A stretch of DNA of 63,183 bases, the filler included, from Octopus bimaculoides (Eukaryota): assembly GCF_001194135.2 (NCBI RefSeq). It is 4 parts of 4 records of this genome, joined end to end, with 100 filler letters (N's around TTAATTAATTAA, not from the genome) between each part and the next. Parts side by side here need not be neighbours in the genome. Positions count along the whole stretch, not along the records: positions 55,506 to 63,183 come from NC_068985.1; 3 more parts are not named here. The stretch is one strand, 5' to 3'. Below are positions 61,399 to 63,183 of this stretch, in pieces (the first letter of the stretch is position 1; each line of letters opens with the position of its first letter). The notes beneath the pieces are model-generated. The model had not been told where the DNA came from, did not search any database, and saw only the letters and a program-made list of their open reading frames with translations. Position numbers and translations under genes: made by a program.

Positions 61399-62964
61399 CT
61401 ATATTATTAGCCTTATCCTGCGTTTGAGAACTTAAAATCACTTCTGTAACTTTCTAAGACATCTCAACGCTTCTAAAAGCAAACTTCGTTTGTTTGTTTA
61501 CGTTCATCGTAATTTGAATTTAACATATATATATATATATATTCGACGGGCTTCTTTCAGTTTCCGTCTACCAAATCCACTCACAAGGCTTTGGTCGGCC
61601 TGAGGCTATAGTAAAAGACACCAGCCCAAGGTGCCACGCAGTGGGGAAATAAAATTGAATATTAAGTATTTATGGACTTTTGATTTACTGTCGGGTGACT
61701 TTTGGCCAACTTTGTATATATTCTTTTATTCTTTTACTTGCTTCAGTCAGTTGACTGCGGCCATGCTGGAGCACCGCCTTATATATATTATTTAAAACAG
61801 CTTGATACGGTTTCCATGCTATTTTAAACTTCGCAGACCCTGACGGAGCCCGACTCCTTTAGGCTTCATTTGACTCTACCGACCCAAATTCGGTCACTCT
61901 CTAGTTGAATTTTGGTCGGTAGAGTCATATTGCACAGTGTACTTATTCTTGAGAAGTTCTAAATGTTTAATTCTTACCTGTACTCACCTGATGAAATTTA
62001 GAAAGGATATAGAATAAGTACCAGGGACTGGGGTCAATTTGTTTGACTAAACCTTTCAAAGCGACGCCCCAGCATAGCCGTAGTCGAATGACTGAAAGAA
62101 GTAAAAAATAGAGATCGGCTGGGATCGAACTCATGACATGGAGAGCGCTGCTTAAATTCTCCAAATCATTTTATCTGTTACTAAAATCTGCCAAATCAAC
62201 CGCCTCTTCGTATTTCGTTCGCTGTGAAACGAAGAAGATAAACAGCGAATGACTAATTGTGGGTAACGAACTGTAAATAAAAACCGGACATGAAATATAC
62301 TGGTGGGTGAAAATAAGAAAGAAAGTAGGTGAGAAAGAAAGAAAGGAAAAGTACTTGTTGACAAAAGTTATAACCAGTTGACAGTTCAAACAAGGGCATC
62401 TTTGTGTCAACGTGGGCAGGCACGTTTAACCGGTTGCTAGAAATAGCAGCAGTCAGATGATCTCATCTTTCTTTCTACCCTACTGTCTTAGAATACAAAA
62501 AGAAAAAAAAAATGAATATGTTGAATACGTTATCTTGAATATACAAAAAAAAAAAAAAAAAAAAGTTGTGATGGTCATCGTTGGAACGTCTACTTGCTGG
62601 AGGCTGAACAATCATTAACAAACCTGAGGATTTCGATTCAACTTTTTTTTACATTTCTTTTTGACAGATTTTTTTTTTTTCTATATTTGTATCAGTCTCG
62701 GCAGAATCGTTAAAGCGTCGGACAAAGTGCCCAGTGGCATTTCTTCCGACACTTTGGATTCTGAGTTCAATCCCCCATTAGGTCAACATTACATTTCACC
62801 CCTTTGAGGACTATAACATAAAGTGCTAATCAAGTACTGAGAACGATGTATTCAGCAAAACCACTCCTAGTAAAATGGCTGCCTATAAGTCAACAATTTG
62901 AAATAAATAATTAATACATTATTTACATTAGACGGATATTTGTCCTCATCTTGTTTGTTGTTAA

Positions 62965-63006
62965 CACAACGTTTCGGCTGACATACCCTGCAGCCTTCAT
63001 CAGGTG
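62965..63006 (-). ncRNA. Minimal type I hammerhead ribozyme motif (Penelope-like-element type)
   Basis: CAC-CTGATGA-A-GGCTG(CAGGGTATGT)CAGCC-GAAA-C-GTT-GTG: 3-bp stem I, 5-bp stem II, loopless palindromic ACGT stem III. Confidence 0.75.
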
Positions 63007-63051
63007 AATTGGGGAAATTTCGAACCTAAAATTCACTCCATAATTGCCCAC

Positions 63052-63103
63052 GAGCATATGGCGTAGTGGTTAAGAGCGCGGGATACTAACCCCAAGATCC
63101 CGA

Positions 63104-63107
<4 letters not shown>
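63052..63107 (+). mobile_element. Truncated tRNA-derived SINE head followed by (AAT)n/(AAC)n
   Basis: GAGCATATGGCGTAGTGGTTAAGAGCGCGGG has an A box and D-arm-like sequence. No B box is present. Confidence 0.5.
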
Positions 63108-63142
<35 letters not shown>

Positions 63143-63183
63143 CAACAACAACAATAACAATAATAATAATAATAATAATAATG

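Noticed and set aside
61986-62005. CTGATGAAATTTAGAAA hammerhead-like core
   Set aside because: No stem II and no cleavage triplet with a stem I. Consistent with a chance match in AT-rich DNA.

Overview
AT-rich, microsatellite- and retroposon-dense animal genomic DNA with many N gaps. The repeat families resemble octopus/cephalopod repeats (inference, no search run). Three identical 100-nt artificial spacers (44 N + TTAATTAATTAA + 44 N at 20764-20863, 32061-32160, 55406-55505) split the window into four joined pieces, so adjacency across them is not evidence of biology. Piece 1 has six in-frame internal exons of cytoplasmic dynein-2 heavy chain (DYNC2H1, + strand, linker region up to the start of AAA1). 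Piece 3 has seven in-frame internal exons of RTEL1 (+ strand, second helicase domain and following linker). No convincing exons were found in pieces 2 and 4. The rest is tRNA-derived SINEs (at least four families), 5'-truncated RTE and CR1-like LINE ends, mariner relics, TA- and TTAA-flanked MITEs and simple repeats. Best leads: a foldback element built around half a tRNA (61220-61398); two minimal hammerhead-ribozyme motifs with non-standard cores (62965-63006, 22961-22994); a CR1-like LINE end sharing its 3' hairpin tail with the commonest SINE; long near-perfect palindromes in an RTEL1 intron. No multi-gene novel system is evident; the novelty is in the mobile and structured-RNA elements.
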